Assembly (NCBI GenBank): GCA_900617105.1
Contig: UYFQ01000001.1
Span: forward strand, 3,844,001-3,908,000
Direction of reading: 5' to 3'
Origin: Hydrurus foetidus
Taxonomy: Eukaryota
Length of the DNA stretch: 64,000 nt
The notes below the pieces were generated by a model, which worked only from the letters and a program-made list of their open reading frames with translations, was not told the DNA's origin and did not search any database. This document shows, in pieces, positions 50,244 to 60,899 of this stretch. Positions within the stretch are counted from its first letter, which is position 1; the number at the start of each line of letters is the position of its first letter. The translations under genes were made by a program, and so were the position numbers.

Positions 50244-51002
50244 ATGAAAAAAATTCTAATCAGTTTGTTGCTGGCCGCCGGATTCGTAGGTGGTGCAATA
50301 GCCTCCAGCGAAGGAATTGCTTGGGACAAAGCGCCTAGCAAAACGAACGACATGGTGGCCCTGCAAAATGGCGCCAAAGTTTTTGTCAACTATTGCCAAA
50401 ACTGCCATGCTGCGGCTTACATGCGATTCAACCGCTTGAAAGATCTTGGCCTGACCGAGCAGCAAATCAAAGACAATTTGCTGTTCAGCACCGACAAAAT
50501 TGGTGACACCATGAAGGTGGCCATGGACGTTAAAAATGCCAAAGACTGGTACGGCGTGGTGCCGCCTGACCTGACGCTGGTTGCGCGTTCACGTTCTGAC
50601 CTCGGCAAGGGTACCGGCGCCGATTACATCTACACCTACCTGCGTACTTACTACCGCGACGAAACCAAGCCGTCCGGCTGGAACAACCTGGCCTACCCCA
50701 ATTCGGCGATGCCGCATGTGTTTTGGGAGCTGCAAGGTGAGCGCAAACCGGTATACGAAGAAGTGACAGAACACGGCAAAAAAGTGTCAGTTGTCAAAAG
50801 TTGGCAGCAGGTCACGCCTGGCACCCTAACGCCGCTCCAGTACGACCAGTCGATGGGCGATTTGGTGGGTTATTTGCAATGGATGAGCGAGCCCGTCCAA
50901 AACAATCGGGTGCGTATCGGCATCTGGGTTTTACTGTTCCTACTGATCTTGACATTCGCGGCTTGGCGTCTGAATGCGGCCTTCTGGAAAGACGTCAAGT
51001 AA
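50244..51002 (+). CDS. petC: Cytochrome c1
   Basis: CQNCH, PPDL and C-terminal TM. Confidence 0.95.
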   Translation: MKKILISLLLAAGFVGGAIASSEGIAWDKAPSKTNDMVALQNGAKVFVNYCQNCHAAAYMRFNRLKDLGLTEQQIKDNLLFSTDKIGDTMKVAMDVKNAKDWYGVVPPDLTLVARSRSDLGKGTGADYIYTYLRTYYRDETKPSGWNNLAYPNSAMPHVFWELQGERKPVYEEVTEHGKKVSVVKSWQQVTPGTLTPLQYDQSMGDLVGYLQWMSEPVQNNRVRIGIWVLLFLLILTFAAWRLNAAFWKDVK

Positions 51003-51117
51003 AATCAGCTTTTAATCAAATCGGCGTCGTGCGCGCCGTTTGGCTTATCTTCAGTGGAAGGCATCAGGTTCAAAAAACCTTGGCCTCCACTTTTTTGTTT
51101 TCAGGAGTTCAAACAAC

Positions 51118-51729
51118 ATGATGGTTTTATATTCAGGCACGACCTGCCCTTTTTCGCATCGCTGCCGCTTTGTATTGTTTGAAAAAGGTATGGATTTCGA
51201 AATCCGCGACGTCGACCTTTACAACAAGCCAGAAGACATCAACGTGATGAACCCCTATGGCCAAGTGCCGATTTTGGTCGAGCGCGATTTGATTTTGTAC
51301 GAATCCAACATCATCAACGAGTACATCGACGAGCGTTTTCCGCACCCACAACTGATGCCCGGTGACCCGGTTGACCGCGCGCGAGTCCGCTTGTTTTTGC
51401 TGAACTTTGAAAAAGAGTTGTTTGTGCATGTCAGCACGCTGGAGTCACGCGCGTCAAAAGGCAACGACAAAGCGCTTGAAAAAGCCCGCTCGCACATCAA
51501 AGATCGGCTGACACAGTTGGCTCCGATATTTTTGAAGAACAAATACATGTTGGGCGACAATTTTTCGATGTTGGACGTCGCGATTGCACCGCTGCTGTGG
51601 CGCCTTGACTACTACGGCATCGACCTGTCGAAAAACGCAGCGCCGCTGCTCAAGTACGCCGAGCGTATTTTCTCAAGGCCCGCGTACATCGAAGCGTTGA
51701 CCCCGTCTGAAAAGGTGATGCGCAAGTAG
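51118..51729 (+). CDS. sspA: Stringent starvation protein A
   Basis: NPYGQVP and ESNIINEYIDERFPHP motifs. Confidence 0.95.
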   Translation: MMVLYSGTTCPFSHRCRFVLFEKGMDFEIRDVDLYNKPEDINVMNPYGQVPILVERDLILYESNIINEYIDERFPHPQLMPGDPVDRARVRLFLLNFEKELFVHVSTLESRASKGNDKALEKARSHIKDRLTQLAPIFLKNKYMLGDNFSMLDVAIAPLLWRLDYYGIDLSKNAAPLLKYAERIFSRPAYIEALTPSEKVMRK

Positions 51730-51733
51730 GTAT

Positions 51734-51834
51734 GGCCCCCACGCTTTTCACTTCGTGTCATGCGCTGCCCCCCGTGGGTGCCGCTGCGCCTGAGGTCTGG
51801 CAAAGCCAGGCCCGCGGCCCCTGTTTGAAGGGCG
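51734..51834 (+). repeat. Family B repeat between sspA and sspB
   Basis: GGCCCCCACG...CTGCCCCCCG...CTGGCAAAGCCAG...GGCCCCTG. Confidence 0.85.
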
Positions 51835-51891
51835 CGGTTCAGTTCAGCCTTGTCATTGCGTTTTTGGTGGCGAGCTGAGGTGACTAACATC

Positions 51892-52461
51892 ATGAATGCG
51901 CCGGACACCACCTCAACTCGTCCCTACTTGATACGGGCGTTGTACGAGTGGTGTACCGACAATGGTTTGACGCCTTACGTCGCTGTTGCCGTGGACGAAA
52001 CGGTGCAAGTGCCGCGCGAATATGTCAAAAACAATGAAATTGTTTTGAACATTAGTTTTGATGCGACTTCTTCGTTAAAACTCAGCAACGACTTCATTGA
52101 GTTCAAGGCGCGCTTTGCGGGGAGTTCGCGCGAGATCATGGTGCCGATAGGTCGGGTTATAGCCATTTATGCACGTGAAAACGGACAAGGAATGTCTTTC
52201 CCGATGGGCGCTGCGGCCTCGCCGCAAGCCGATGCTGGCAAAGAGCCAGCTACCAAGCTCGGATCGCCTGCGCCACTGGTGGTGGTTGGCGAATCAAGTG
52301 CTGACCGAGCGCTCGAGAACAAGGTGGTTCAGTTGGTGCCCGGCGAAAATTCAGCTGCTGTCGACAACGGTAGCGACAGCGCTGAAGGCAGCGGCGACGA
52401 TTTGCCTGAACCGCCCAAGCCGCAAAAAAGCGGCCGTCCATCGCTCAAGCGAATCAAATGA
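51892..52461 (+). CDS. sspB: ClpXP adaptor SspB
   Basis: RPYLIRALYEW, IYARENGQG and C-terminal RPSLKRIK. Confidence 0.95.
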   Translation: MNAPDTTSTRPYLIRALYEWCTDNGLTPYVAVAVDETVQVPREYVKNNEIVLNISFDATSSLKLSNDFIEFKARFAGSSREIMVPIGRVIAIYARENGQGMSFPMGAAASPQADAGKEPATKLGSPAPLVVVGESSADRALENKVVQLVPGENSAAVDNGSDSAEGSGDDLPEPPKPQKSGRPSLKRIK

Positions 52462-52511
52462 TCCGCTTGGCTATCAAGTCAAGCATCAGGACTCAAGTAA
52501 AATAAAGAAGT

Positions 52512-52587
52512 GCCGATTTAGCTCAGTTGGTAGAGCAACCGCCTTGTAAGCGGTAGGTCATCAGTTCGATTCCGATAATCGGCACCA
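52512..52587 (+). tRNA. tRNA-Thr(UGU)
   Basis: GCCGATT acceptor stem, anticodon loop CTTGTAA, TTCGA T-loop and CCA end. Confidence 0.96.
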
Positions 52588-52627
52588 CTTTTTTAGGCTG
52601 CTTGGCAGTCAAAGCTGCAACTCCTTG

Positions 52628-52963
52628 TTACGCTCTGGACGTTAGGATCTTCAGCCTTATTGAGGTAACGTCAACCCCCGCGCTGGTCAATCTGGACAAC
52701 AGCAGCGGAGTGAGTTGGCGCAATTTTGCGGCGGCTGCATTCCCGTTGACTAGCAAGCACCACACCTGCCCGTCAATCGGGCCAGCTTTGATGGCTGGTT
52801 GCAACGCGACGGGTATGAGGGAATTTACTGCCTTCAACCTGGCAGATGATTCCTGGACAAGTTCCGCCAATCTCCCCAAGGCGGCCGAGTTTTCGACGGC
52901 TTGAGCAATAGGAACCGCGCGGCGAGTGGCTGCGTCGGTCAGTGGGCGGTAGTTGCGGTTCAC
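52628..52963 (-). CDS. DciA/DUF721-like protein
   Basis: AAAAKLRQL segment and position divergent from M23-secA; start uncertain. Confidence 0.7.
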   Translation of the reverse strand: MNRNYRPLTDAATRRAVPIAQAVENSAALGRLAELVQESSARLKAVNSLIPVALQPAIKAGPIDGQVWCLLVNGNAAAAKLRQLTPLLLSRLTSAGVDVTSIRLKILTSRA

Positions 52964-52985
52964 AGCACGTTTTAAAGGATCACAA

Positions 52986-53966
52986 GTGCACTTGATTATC
53001 ACGGATGCATGGTTGGCAAAAAGTCGCCCGATTTATCTCACAGGGCCGCGTTTGGTGGCCGCTGGTTTGGTGGCGTCGTTGGTGCTGATGCTGGTTGCGG
53101 CGGGACTTTACCACTGGGTGTTTTTAAAAGGCGCTCGGGAAGGGTGGCCCATCATTGGCTCTCTCGTCAAACTGGTCGTTAAAGACGAGTTTGAGCAACG
53201 TGACCGCTTCATGCGCGAAAACCTTGATGTCATGGCCAAGCGACTGGGCGAAATGCAAGCCAAAATGCTGCAGCTTGAGGCGTTAGGTGAGCGCGTTTCT
53301 GGTTTGGCGGGCGTTTCCCCAGCTGAAATCAAATCGCCTCTGGGAAGCGGCGGTGCGCTGGTTGGTAGCCGCTCACTCACGATGGACGAGTTGCAGGGCA
53401 CGCTGGCAGACCTGGACAAGCTCACCGATCAGCGTGTTGACCTCATGACGTTGATGGAATCACGCCTGTTTGATCTGAAGATTAAAAAACTTATGGTGCC
53501 CACCCAGCAGCCTGTGGTTGACAGTGTCTTGGGCTCGGCCTTCGGTTGGCGAATTGATCCGGTGAATGGCCGGTCGGCACTACACACGGGCCTGGACTTT
53601 CCGGCTGAACAAGGCTCACCGATCCTGGCCGCTGCAGGCGGTGTGGTGGTCACGGAGGAATATCACGCGGCTTACGGCAACATGGTGGAAATAGACCATG
53701 GCAACGATTTGCTGACCCGTTACGCGCATGCGTCCAAGACCCTGGTCAAAAAGGGCGACTTGATTAAACGTGGGCAGAAGATTGCCGAGGTTGGCTCGAC
53801 AGGCCGCTCGACTGGCTCGCATCTGCATTTCGAGGTTTTGGTGCAAGGCGTGTTTCAAGACCCTCAGAAATTTCTGCTGGCGGGCAAAAATTTGCCAACC
53901 GGTCTCATGGCGTCCGCCAAGCCACTGCCTGCTTCGCGCCAAGCTCAGAGCGAGCGTCAAAAATAG
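52986..53966 (+). CDS. M23 family metallopeptidase
   Basis: HTGLD, YAH and STGSHLHFEV motifs. Confidence 0.92.
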   Translation: MHLIITDAWLAKSRPIYLTGPRLVAAGLVASLVLMLVAAGLYHWVFLKGAREGWPIIGSLVKLVVKDEFEQRDRFMRENLDVMAKRLGEMQAKMLQLEALGERVSGLAGVSPAEIKSPLGSGGALVGSRSLTMDELQGTLADLDKLTDQRVDLMTLMESRLFDLKIKKLMVPTQQPVVDSVLGSAFGWRIDPVNGRSALHTGLDFPAEQGSPILAAAGGVVVTEEYHAAYGNMVEIDHGNDLLTRYAHASKTLVKKGDLIKRGQKIAEVGSTGRSTGSHLHFEVLVQGVFQDPQKFLLAGKNLPTGLMASAKPLPASRQAQSERQK

Positions 53967-54100
53967 GGCCACGGCGGCGGTTAAAATCCACTGCTTTCGC
54001 ACGGTTGAACTTTAGCTGTGCAGCCCCACCTGATTCCGTATTATTTAAGGGATTTCGGCCGCTTTGACTGTCTTTGAGGCAGTAAGGCGGCCTCGCATTT

Positions 54101-56887
54101 ATGGCTACCACTTTCCTCACCAAAATCTTTGGCAGCCGCAACGACAGGCTGCTTAAAACTTACCGCAAGTCAATCGAGCGTATCAACGCATTGGAGCCAG
54201 AATACGAAAAGCTGGACGACGAGCAATTGCGAGCCAAAACGCAAGAGTTTAAAGATCGCGTGGCGGCTGGCGAAACGTTAGACCAGATCTTGCCCGAGGC
54301 TTTTGCAGTGGTGCGTGAAGGCAGCAAGCGTGCCATGAAAATGCGCCACTTTGACGTGCAGATGCTGGGCGGCATGTCGCTGCACAACGGCAAAATTTCC
54401 GAGATGGGAACCGGCGAAGGCAAAACCTTGACGTCAACCCTGCCGGTGTATTTGAATGCACTGACCGGAAAAGGTGTGCACGTGGTGACGGTCAATGACT
54501 ATTTGGCCAATCGCGATGCGCGCTGGATGGGCAAGCTGTACAACTTTGTCGGGCTAACGGTCGGCATCAATTTGCCGAACATGGAGCGCTCAGAAAAACA
54601 GGCGGCCTACCGCTGTGACATAACCTACGGCACCAACAACGAGTATGGTTTTGATTACCTGCGCGACAACATGGTCTACGAGCCCGCAGACCGCGTACAG
54701 CGCGGGCTGAATTTCGCCATCGTCGACGAAGTAGATTCCATTTTGATTGACGAGGCCCGCACGCCGCTCATCATCAGTGGCCAGGCCGAAGACCACACCG
54801 CGATGTACATCGCCATGAACAAAGTGGTGCCCGAGCTGACCAAGCAAGAGGGCGAAGCTGATCCCCGCACTGGCGAGGGCGTTACCAAGCCCGGTGATTT
54901 CACGCTCGACGAAAAAACGCACCAAGTATTTTTAACAGAGCAGGGCCACGAAAACGCCGAACGTATTTTGTTTGCCTTGGGCTTGATTCCTGAAGGCGCA
55001 ACGCTGTACGACCCGGCCAACATTACTTTGGTGCATCATTTGTATGCAGCACTGCGGGCCAACCACCTCTACCACCGCGACCAGCACTACGTGGTGCAAG
55101 ATAGCGAAAACGGCGGGAAAGAGATTGTGATTGTCGATGAGTTCACGGGCCGCCTGATGTCGGGCAGGCGCTGGAGCGACGGACTGCACCAAGCCGTTGA
55201 GGCCAAAGAGGGCGTGCAGATTCAGGCCGAAAACCAAACCCTGGCGTCGATCACTTTCCAAAACTACTTTCGCTTGTATGGCAAGCTTGCCGGCATGACT
55301 GGAACTGCGGACACTGAGGCGTTTGAGTTCTCGGAGATTTACGGCCTGGAGACCACCATCATCCCGCCGAATCGGGTCAGCAAGCGTGAAGACCAACTTG
55401 ACCGCGTGTACAAAACCACGCGTGAAAAATACGAAGCCGCTATCAAAGACATTCGTGAATGTTACGAACGCGGGCAGCCCGTATTGGTCGGCACGACCTC
55501 GATTGAAAATTCTGAAATCATTGACGAGCTCTTAACCAAAGAAAACCTGCCGCACCAAGTGCTCAATGCCAAACAGCACGCGCGCGAGGCAGACATCGTG
55601 GCGCAGGCCGGGCGTACCAAAATGGTCACCATCGCCACCAACATGGCAGGCCGCGGCACTGACATAGTGCTGGGCGGAAACGTAGAAAAGCGCATTGAAG
55701 CGGTGGAAGCCGATGACGCGCTGGATGCTGCTGCAAAAGAAAAAGAAATTGCTCGCCTGCGCGATGAATGGCTTGCCGAGCACGAGCAAGTCAAAGCGCT
55801 TGGCGGTTTGCGAATTATCGCAACCGAGCGCCACGAGTCGCGTCGCATTGACAACCAGCTTCGGGGTCGCTCGGGTCGGCAGGGCGACACCGGGTCATCG
55901 CGCTTTTATTTAAGCCTTGACGATTCGCTGATGCGTATTTTTGCTGGCGACCGGGTCAAGTCCATCATGGACAGGCTAAAAATGCCCGACGGTGAGGCGA
56001 TTGAGGCCGGCATCGTGACCCGCAGCATTGAGTCCGCCCAGCGCAAGGTTGAGGCGCGCAATTTTGACGTGCGCAAACAGCTGCTTGAATACGACGACGT
56101 TGCCAACGACCAGCGCAAGGTTATTTACCAGCAGCGCAACGACATCATGGACGCGCCCAGCCTGTCGGCTCAGATCAAATCACTGCGCGAAGGTTGCTTT
56201 ACTGATTTGACCCGGCAGTACGTGCCGGTTGAAAGCGTTGAAGAGCAATGGGATATTGCGGGCCTGGAAAAGGTTTTGCGCGATGAGTGGCAGGTTGAGC
56301 TGCCGCTCACAAAAGACTTGGAAAACGCCACCGCGATTACCGACGAGGATATCCTTGAAAAGGTTCTTGGCGCAACCAACGCCGCTTTCGCTGAAAAGCT
56401 TGCCTTGATTGGTGAAGAAAACTTTTTGCAGTTCAAACGCATGGTGCTGCTGCAAAGCATTGACACCCATTGGCGTGAACATTTAAGCTCTCTCGATTAT
56501 TTGCGCCAAGGTATTCATTTGCGCGGTTACGCTCAAAAGCAGCCCAAGCAAGAGTACAAGCGGGAAGCTTTCGAGCTGTTTGGCCAGTTGCTCGACAGTG
56601 TAAAAAACGAAGTCACCAAAATATTGATGACGGTCCAGATTCAGTCTGGCGAGCAATTGAATCAAGCCGCAGAAGAAATTGAAAATCGGGGCGAAAGCAT
56701 TGCCAACGTCACCTACACCGCACCTACTGAGTCGGGTGACGTCGAAACGCGTGTTGATGAGGACACGCAGCGGGTTGCACAAAACTCAGCGTTGCCCGCA
56801 GAAGTCATGCAGCGCACCGGCCGCAATGACCCGTGTCCCTGCGGTTCGGGTAAAAAATTCAAGCAGTGCCACGGCAAGCTAAGCTGA
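54101..56887 (+). CDS. secA: Preprotein translocase SecA
   Basis: [29 protein letters not shown] and [13 protein letters not shown] motifs. Confidence 0.98.
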   Translation: MATTFLTKIFGSRNDRLLKTYRKSIERINALEPEYEKLDDEQLRAKTQEFKDRVAAGETLDQILPEAFAVVREGSKRAMKMRHFDVQMLGGMSLHNGKISEMGTGEGKTLTSTLPVYLNALTGKGVHVVTVNDYLANRDARWMGKLYNFVGLTVGINLPNMERSEKQAAYRCDITYGTNNEYGFDYLRDNMVYEPADRVQRGLNFAIVDEVDSILIDEARTPLIISGQAEDHTAMYIAMNKVVPELTKQEGEADPRTGEGVTKPGDFTLDEKTHQVFLTEQGHENAERILFALGLIPEGATLYDPANITLVHHLYAALRANHLYHRDQHYVVQDSENGGKEIVIVDEFTGRLMSGRRWSDGLHQAVEAKEGVQIQAENQTLASITFQNYFRLYGKLAGMTGTADTEAFEFSEIYGLETTIIPPNRVSKREDQLDRVYKTTREKYEAAIKDIRECYERGQPVLVGTTSIENSEIIDELLTKENLPHQVLNAKQHAREADIVAQAGRTKMVTIATNMAGRGTDIVLGGNVEKRIEAVEADDALDAAAKEKEIARLRDEWLAEHEQVKALGGLRIIATERHESRRIDNQLRGRSGRQGDTGSSRFYLSLDDSLMRIFAGDRVKSIMDRLKMPDGEAIEAGIVTRSIESAQRKVEARNFDVRKQLLEYDDVANDQRKVIYQQRNDIMDAPSLSAQIKSLREGCFTDLTRQYVPVESVEEQWDIAGLEKVLRDEWQVELPLTKDLENATAITDEDILEKVLGATNAAFAEKLALIGEENFLQFKRMVLLQSIDTHWREHLSSLDYLRQGIHLRGYAQKQPKQEYKREAFELFGQLLDSVKNEVTKILMTVQIQSGEQLNQAAEEIENRGESIANVTYTAPTESGDVETRVDEDTQRVAQNSALPAEVMQRTGRNDPCPCGSGKKFKQCHGKLS

Positions 56888-56916
56888 ATTTACTTAACTT
56901 TCCTGAAAGACAGTCC

Positions 56917-58158
56917 ATGCCAGTGAATTTCGTTGCAACACCGGCAACCGACCTGCATGCTGTGCCCGGTGTGCGCTGGGGCATCACCGAAGCAGGCATT
57001 CGCAAAGCCTACCGCAAAGACCTGGCAGTGCTGCTGATTGATGAAGGTGCATCTGTAGGTGGAGTCTTTACACAAAACAAGTTTTGCGCTGCGCCGGTGC
57101 AAATTTGCCGAGAGCATTTAGCAAAAAATAATGGCCAAAATTTCGGCATTCGCGCCATAGTCGTTAACACTGGAAACGCCAATGCTGGTACCGGTGCCGA
57201 CGGCTTGACCCGCGCCCAAGCCACTTGCATAGCGCTGGCGCGTGAGCTGAATGTTTCCCCCGAGCAAATTTTGCCGTTTTCAACTGGCGTGATCATGGAG
57301 CCGCTGCCGTATGAGCGGATTGAAGCGGGTCTGGCGGCTGCCATTGCCGACGCCAAGCTAGACAACTGGGCCAACGCGGCAGAGGCCATCATGACCACCG
57401 ACACGGTGGCCAAGGCGTTTTCAACGCGCGTTACTTTGGGCGGTGTGCCTGTCACCATTACCGGCATCAGCAAAGGGGCCGGCATGATTCGCCCGAACAT
57501 GGCGACCATGCTCGGTTTTATGGCGACTGATGCCTGTGTGGCTCAAAGCATCATGGGGCAACTGGCGCATGAGCTGGCAGAAGGCTCTTTCAACCGGGTC
57601 ACGGTTGATGGCGACACGTCAACCAACGACTCGTTTGTAGTGATTGCCAGCAACCAGGCAAAACACGCGCCGATCACCTCATTCGACAGCGCAGAAAGTA
57701 AAACGCTGCGAGGCGCCATGATGGGCATTGCCAATCAACTGGCGCAGGCCATTGTGCGCGACGGCGAAGGCGCGACCAAGTTCATCACCATCCAGGTTGA
57801 AGGCGGCAAAACCGGCGAAGAGTGCCGCAAAGTGGCTTACGCCATTGCTCATTCACCGCTGGTTAAAACCGCGTTTTTTGCAAGCGACCCTAATTTGGGT
57901 CGCATCCTCGCAGCAGTCGGTTACGCAGGCATTGACGACCTGGACCAAACCAGAATCGACTTGTACCTAGACGACGTGCTGGTTGCCAAAAATGGCGGCA
58001 GACACGTGGACTACGTTGAGGCAGACGGCCAGCGCGTAATGAAAAAAAGCGAAATCACTGTGCGGGTAGAGCTGGGTCGGGGCGATGCTTCAGACACAGT
58101 CTGGACCTGCGATTTGTCGTATGACTACGTCAAGATCAATGCCGACTACCGTAGCTAA
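56917..58158 (+). CDS. argJ: Ornithine acetyltransferase/N-acetylglutamate synthase
   Basis: [20 protein letters not shown] and DGEGATK motifs. Confidence 0.96.
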   Translation: MPVNFVATPATDLHAVPGVRWGITEAGIRKAYRKDLAVLLIDEGASVGGVFTQNKFCAAPVQICREHLAKNNGQNFGIRAIVVNTGNANAGTGADGLTRAQATCIALARELNVSPEQILPFSTGVIMEPLPYERIEAGLAAAIADAKLDNWANAAEAIMTTDTVAKAFSTRVTLGGVPVTITGISKGAGMIRPNMATMLGFMATDACVAQSIMGQLAHELAEGSFNRVTVDGDTSTNDSFVVIASNQAKHAPITSFDSAESKTLRGAMMGIANQLAQAIVRDGEGATKFITIQVEGGKTGEECRKVAYAIAHSPLVKTAFFASDPNLGRILAAVGYAGIDDLDQTRIDLYLDDVLVAKNGGRHVDYVEADGQRVMKKSEITVRVELGRGDASDTVWTCDLSYDYVKINADYRS

Positions 58159-58164
58159 ATTGAC

Positions 58165-58240
58165 TCCCCCCCGACACGCCTCGGGCGTCTCCCCCTCAGG
58201 GGGCGCCATCTACGGCCCGGCAAAGCCGGATCCGTGCTGG
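58165..58240 (+). repeat. Divergent family B repeat after argJ
   Basis: CCCCCTCAGGGGGCG and CCGGCAAAGCCGGATCCG hairpins. Confidence 0.55.
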
Positions 58241-58259
58241 CATTTGAAAAGACCCCGCT

Positions 58260-59126
58260 ATGAATGAAAAGTTTGAACGATTGATAGACCGCGCAGAGCA
58301 ACTGATCGCACGTATCGAATCCGTCTTGCCGCAACCACTTACTGCGCCTGACTGGACTGCGTCCATCGCCTACCGCTACCGCAAGCGCAGCTCTGGCCAT
58401 GGCAGCCTGGAGCCGGTCAAACACATCGGCACTATGGCGCTCAGTGACCTGAAGGAAATTGACGATCAAAAACAGAAAATCCGGCGCAATACGGAGCAGT
58501 TCGTTAACGGCAAGCCAGCCAACAACGTGCTGCTGACCGGCGCGCGTGGCACGGGCAAATCGTCGCTCATCAAAGCTTGCCTGAACAAGTATGCGCCGCG
58601 TGGTTTGCGCTTGATTGAAGTCGACAAAGCCGACCTGACCGACCTGCCCGATATCGTCGATATAGTCAGCGACCTGCCTGAAAAGTTCATTATTTTTTGC
58701 GACGACCTGAGCTTTGAAGAGGGCGAGCCTGGCTACAAAGCACTCAAATCCACACTCGACGGATCGATCGCCGCCGCCACGCCCAACGTGTTGATTTACG
58801 CCACCAGCAACCGCCGCCACTTGCTGCCCGAGTACATGACAGAAAACCTGACGTACACCCGAGCCGACGACGGAGAAATTCACCCCGGCGAAGTGGTGGA
58901 AGAAAAAATCTCGCTATCTGAACGCTTCGGTCTGTGGGTCAGCTTTTACCCTTTTAGCCAAGACGAATACCTGACGATAGTGGCCCAGTGGTTGTCGTCT
59001 TTTGGTGTGGACAAGGGCTCGATTGATGCCGCGAGGCCGGCATCGCTGGTTTGGGCTTTGGAGCGCGGCTCTAGAAGCGGGCGAGTGGCTTACCAATTTG
59101 CGCGCGATTTCGCGGGCCGGCATTAG
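58260..59126 (+). CDS. AAA+ ATPase (DUF815 family)
   Basis: GARGTGKSS, FCDDLSF, YATSNRRHL and SGRVA motifs. Confidence 0.9.
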   Translation: MNEKFERLIDRAEQLIARIESVLPQPLTAPDWTASIAYRYRKRSSGHGSLEPVKHIGTMALSDLKEIDDQKQKIRRNTEQFVNGKPANNVLLTGARGTGKSSLIKACLNKYAPRGLRLIEVDKADLTDLPDIVDIVSDLPEKFIIFCDDLSFEEGEPGYKALKSTLDGSIAAATPNVLIYATSNRRHLLPEYMTENLTYTRADDGEIHPGEVVEEKISLSERFGLWVSFYPFSQDEYLTIVAQWLSSFGVDKGSIDAARPASLVWALERGSRSGRVAYQFARDFAGRH

Positions 59127-59142
59127 CGTTTTGGCCGCAAGC

Positions 59143-59670
59143 GTGTTGATTGCCGACGGCCACCGCGCCCGTGAGGGTGGCTTGCACCGCAAAACCGTTG
59201 ATGTCGCTGTCGGTGTGCTGGTTAAACCAAACGGCGACTTTCTGCTAACCAGCCGCCCGCCCGGCAAAGTGTACGAAGGCTACTGGGAGTTCCCAGGCGG
59301 CAAGCTCGAAGCGGGTGAGACGGTAGAGCAAGCGCTGCGCCGAGAACTGATCGAAGAAATCGGCATCACCATCAACGCCGTTCAACCATGGAAGACCGAA
59401 CTGGTCGACTACCCGCACGCGCTGGTGCAGCTTCACTTTTGCAAGGTGTTTGAATGGACGGGCGAGCTGCACATGCGCGAAGGCCAGGCGTTTGCTTGGC
59501 AATCGTTGCCAGTCGCGGTAGCGCCCGTTTTACCGGGCACGTTGCCCGTACTGGAATGGTTTGCAATTGAGCGAGGGTTTGTGCAAAATCCAACTGCAAC
59601 CGCCACTGCAACCCCCACTCCAACCTCGACTCCAACCTTGGCTGCAGCCTCAAAAATGCTACTTAATTGA
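59143..59670 (+). CDS. mutT: MutT-like Nudix hydrolase
   Basis: WEFPGGKLEAGETVEQALRRELIEEIG Nudix box; secA-argJ context; start uncertain. Confidence 0.85.
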   Translation: MLIADGHRAREGGLHRKTVDVAVGVLVKPNGDFLLTSRPPGKVYEGYWEFPGGKLEAGETVEQALRRELIEEIGITINAVQPWKTELVDYPHALVQLHFCKVFEWTGELHMREGQAFAWQSLPVAVAPVLPGTLPVLEWFAIERGFVQNPTATATATPTPTSTPTLAAASKMLLN

Positions 59671-59706
59671 TAGCTGCTAGCGCCCGAATTAATTGGGCTA
59701 CAGGCC
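59657..59706 (+). repeat. Family A repeat supplying the mutT stop codon
   Basis: TGCTACTTAATTGATAGCTGCTAGCGCCCGAATTAATTGGGCTACAGGCC. Confidence 0.88.
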
Positions 59707-59738
59707 ATTTTTTGGTAAAAATACATCTATTTTTTGAG

Positions 59739-60608
59739 CTAAAGTACTTTGCGCCCAAGTAAACCGCCTATCTTTCGCACCAGCCACTTAGGCGCTGTGC
59801 GCGACCCAACCACCAGCGCCTGATTTACTGCGCCCGGCACACAGATCGCATCTCCTCGCAGGCAGGCGTCCATCGCGTCTTGTGCCACCGTCTCGACTTG
59901 GCCGACCATAAAGCTCGGTATCTGGCTGATTTTGCTGTTGCCGCCAGCCGCGTTGCTCAGCATCGCGGTAGCCGTCATGCCTGGGCACAGCGTGGTCACG
60001 GTAATGCCTTCTCCCTTGAGTTCTTCTGCCAGCGATTCTCCTAGCGACAGCACATACGCTTTGGTAGCGGCGTAAGTGGCCAGCATAGGCACTGGCTGGT
60101 AGGCGGCAATCGACGCCACGTTCAAAATTCGCAAAGTTTTGCCACTGGCTGCGCGCCGGGTCATGGCGGGTAAAAAAGCCGCCAGCATGCCCGTCAGGCC
60201 AGAAATGTTCAGGTCAATCATTTGCTGGTGCGTGGCACCCGTCATCGAGCTAAACGGGCCTTGGTGCAGCACGCCAGCGCAGTTCACCAGCACATCGACT
60301 GTCAATTTTTTGCGCGCTACTGCGCTGGCCAGCTTGTTGGCCGCTCCTGGCTCAGCAAGATCAGCCGCCAGCACATGGCCAGTAACGCCGAACTCAGTTT
60401 TTAGTCGCTGGCGCAAGGCGCTTAATTTGTCCACGCTTCTGGCGACCAAAATGGCGTCGTACCCGGCTTGTGAAAAGCAAATCGCCAGCGCCTCGCCAAT
60501 TCCTGACGAAGCGCCTGTTATCAATACCGTGGGCGGATTAGTGCGTTCGGGGCTGCGTGTTTTTGCAGTTGGGCGCTGGGGGCGGACTGGTTTTGCTTGG
60601 GGTGTCAT
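59739..60608 (-). CDS. Short-chain dehydrogenase/reductase
   Basis: TGASSGIG and YAATK motifs. Confidence 0.92.
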   Translation of the reverse strand: MTPQAKPVRPQRPTAKTRSPERTNPPTVLITGASSGIGEALAICFSQAGYDAILVARSVDKLSALRQRLKTEFGVTGHVLAADLAEPGAANKLASAVARKKLTVDVLVNCAGVLHQGPFSSMTGATHQQMIDLNISGLTGMLAAFLPAMTRRAASGKTLRILNVASIAAYQPVPMLATYAATKAYVLSLGESLAEELKGEGITVTTLCPGMTATAMLSNAAGGNSKISQIPSFMVGQVETVAQDAMDACLRGDAICVPGAVNQALVVGSRTAPKWLVRKIGGLLGRKVL

Positions 60609-60743
60609 GGCGGCGTCTTTCGTGGCTGTCGAGCGGGCTTGTCAAACAGGCTTGCCAAACCATCATATGCCCAAGCCCGCGCACCTTGGCTGCGGGTCTG
60701 GCTGGCCAGTCAGTAAGCCAGATGCCCGCATCGCTGATTTTAT

Positions 60744-60793
60744 TGCTATTAAATACATAGCTGCTTGCGCCCATATATATTGGTTTTAGAGCA
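60744..60793 (+). repeat. Family A repeat between the divergent SDR genes
   Basis: TGCTATTAAATACATAGCTGCTTGCGCCCATATATATTGGTTTTAGAGC. Confidence 0.8.
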
Positions 60794-60899
60794 TATTTGT
60801 CACATATTTTACGCCGCTGAGCGCACTGGGGCACGTCCGCCTCGCTACTATATGCAGTGGCTCGAAACATGAGTTAGCCACTTGATCAGAAAGTTTTTT

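Noticed and set aside
4026..60793. Family A repeats as a CRISPR array or integron attC sites
   Set aside because: The copies are dispersed kilobases apart in both orientations, with no regular spacers and no cas or intI gene. They also lack the RYYYAAC/GTTRRRY ends and flank core genes.
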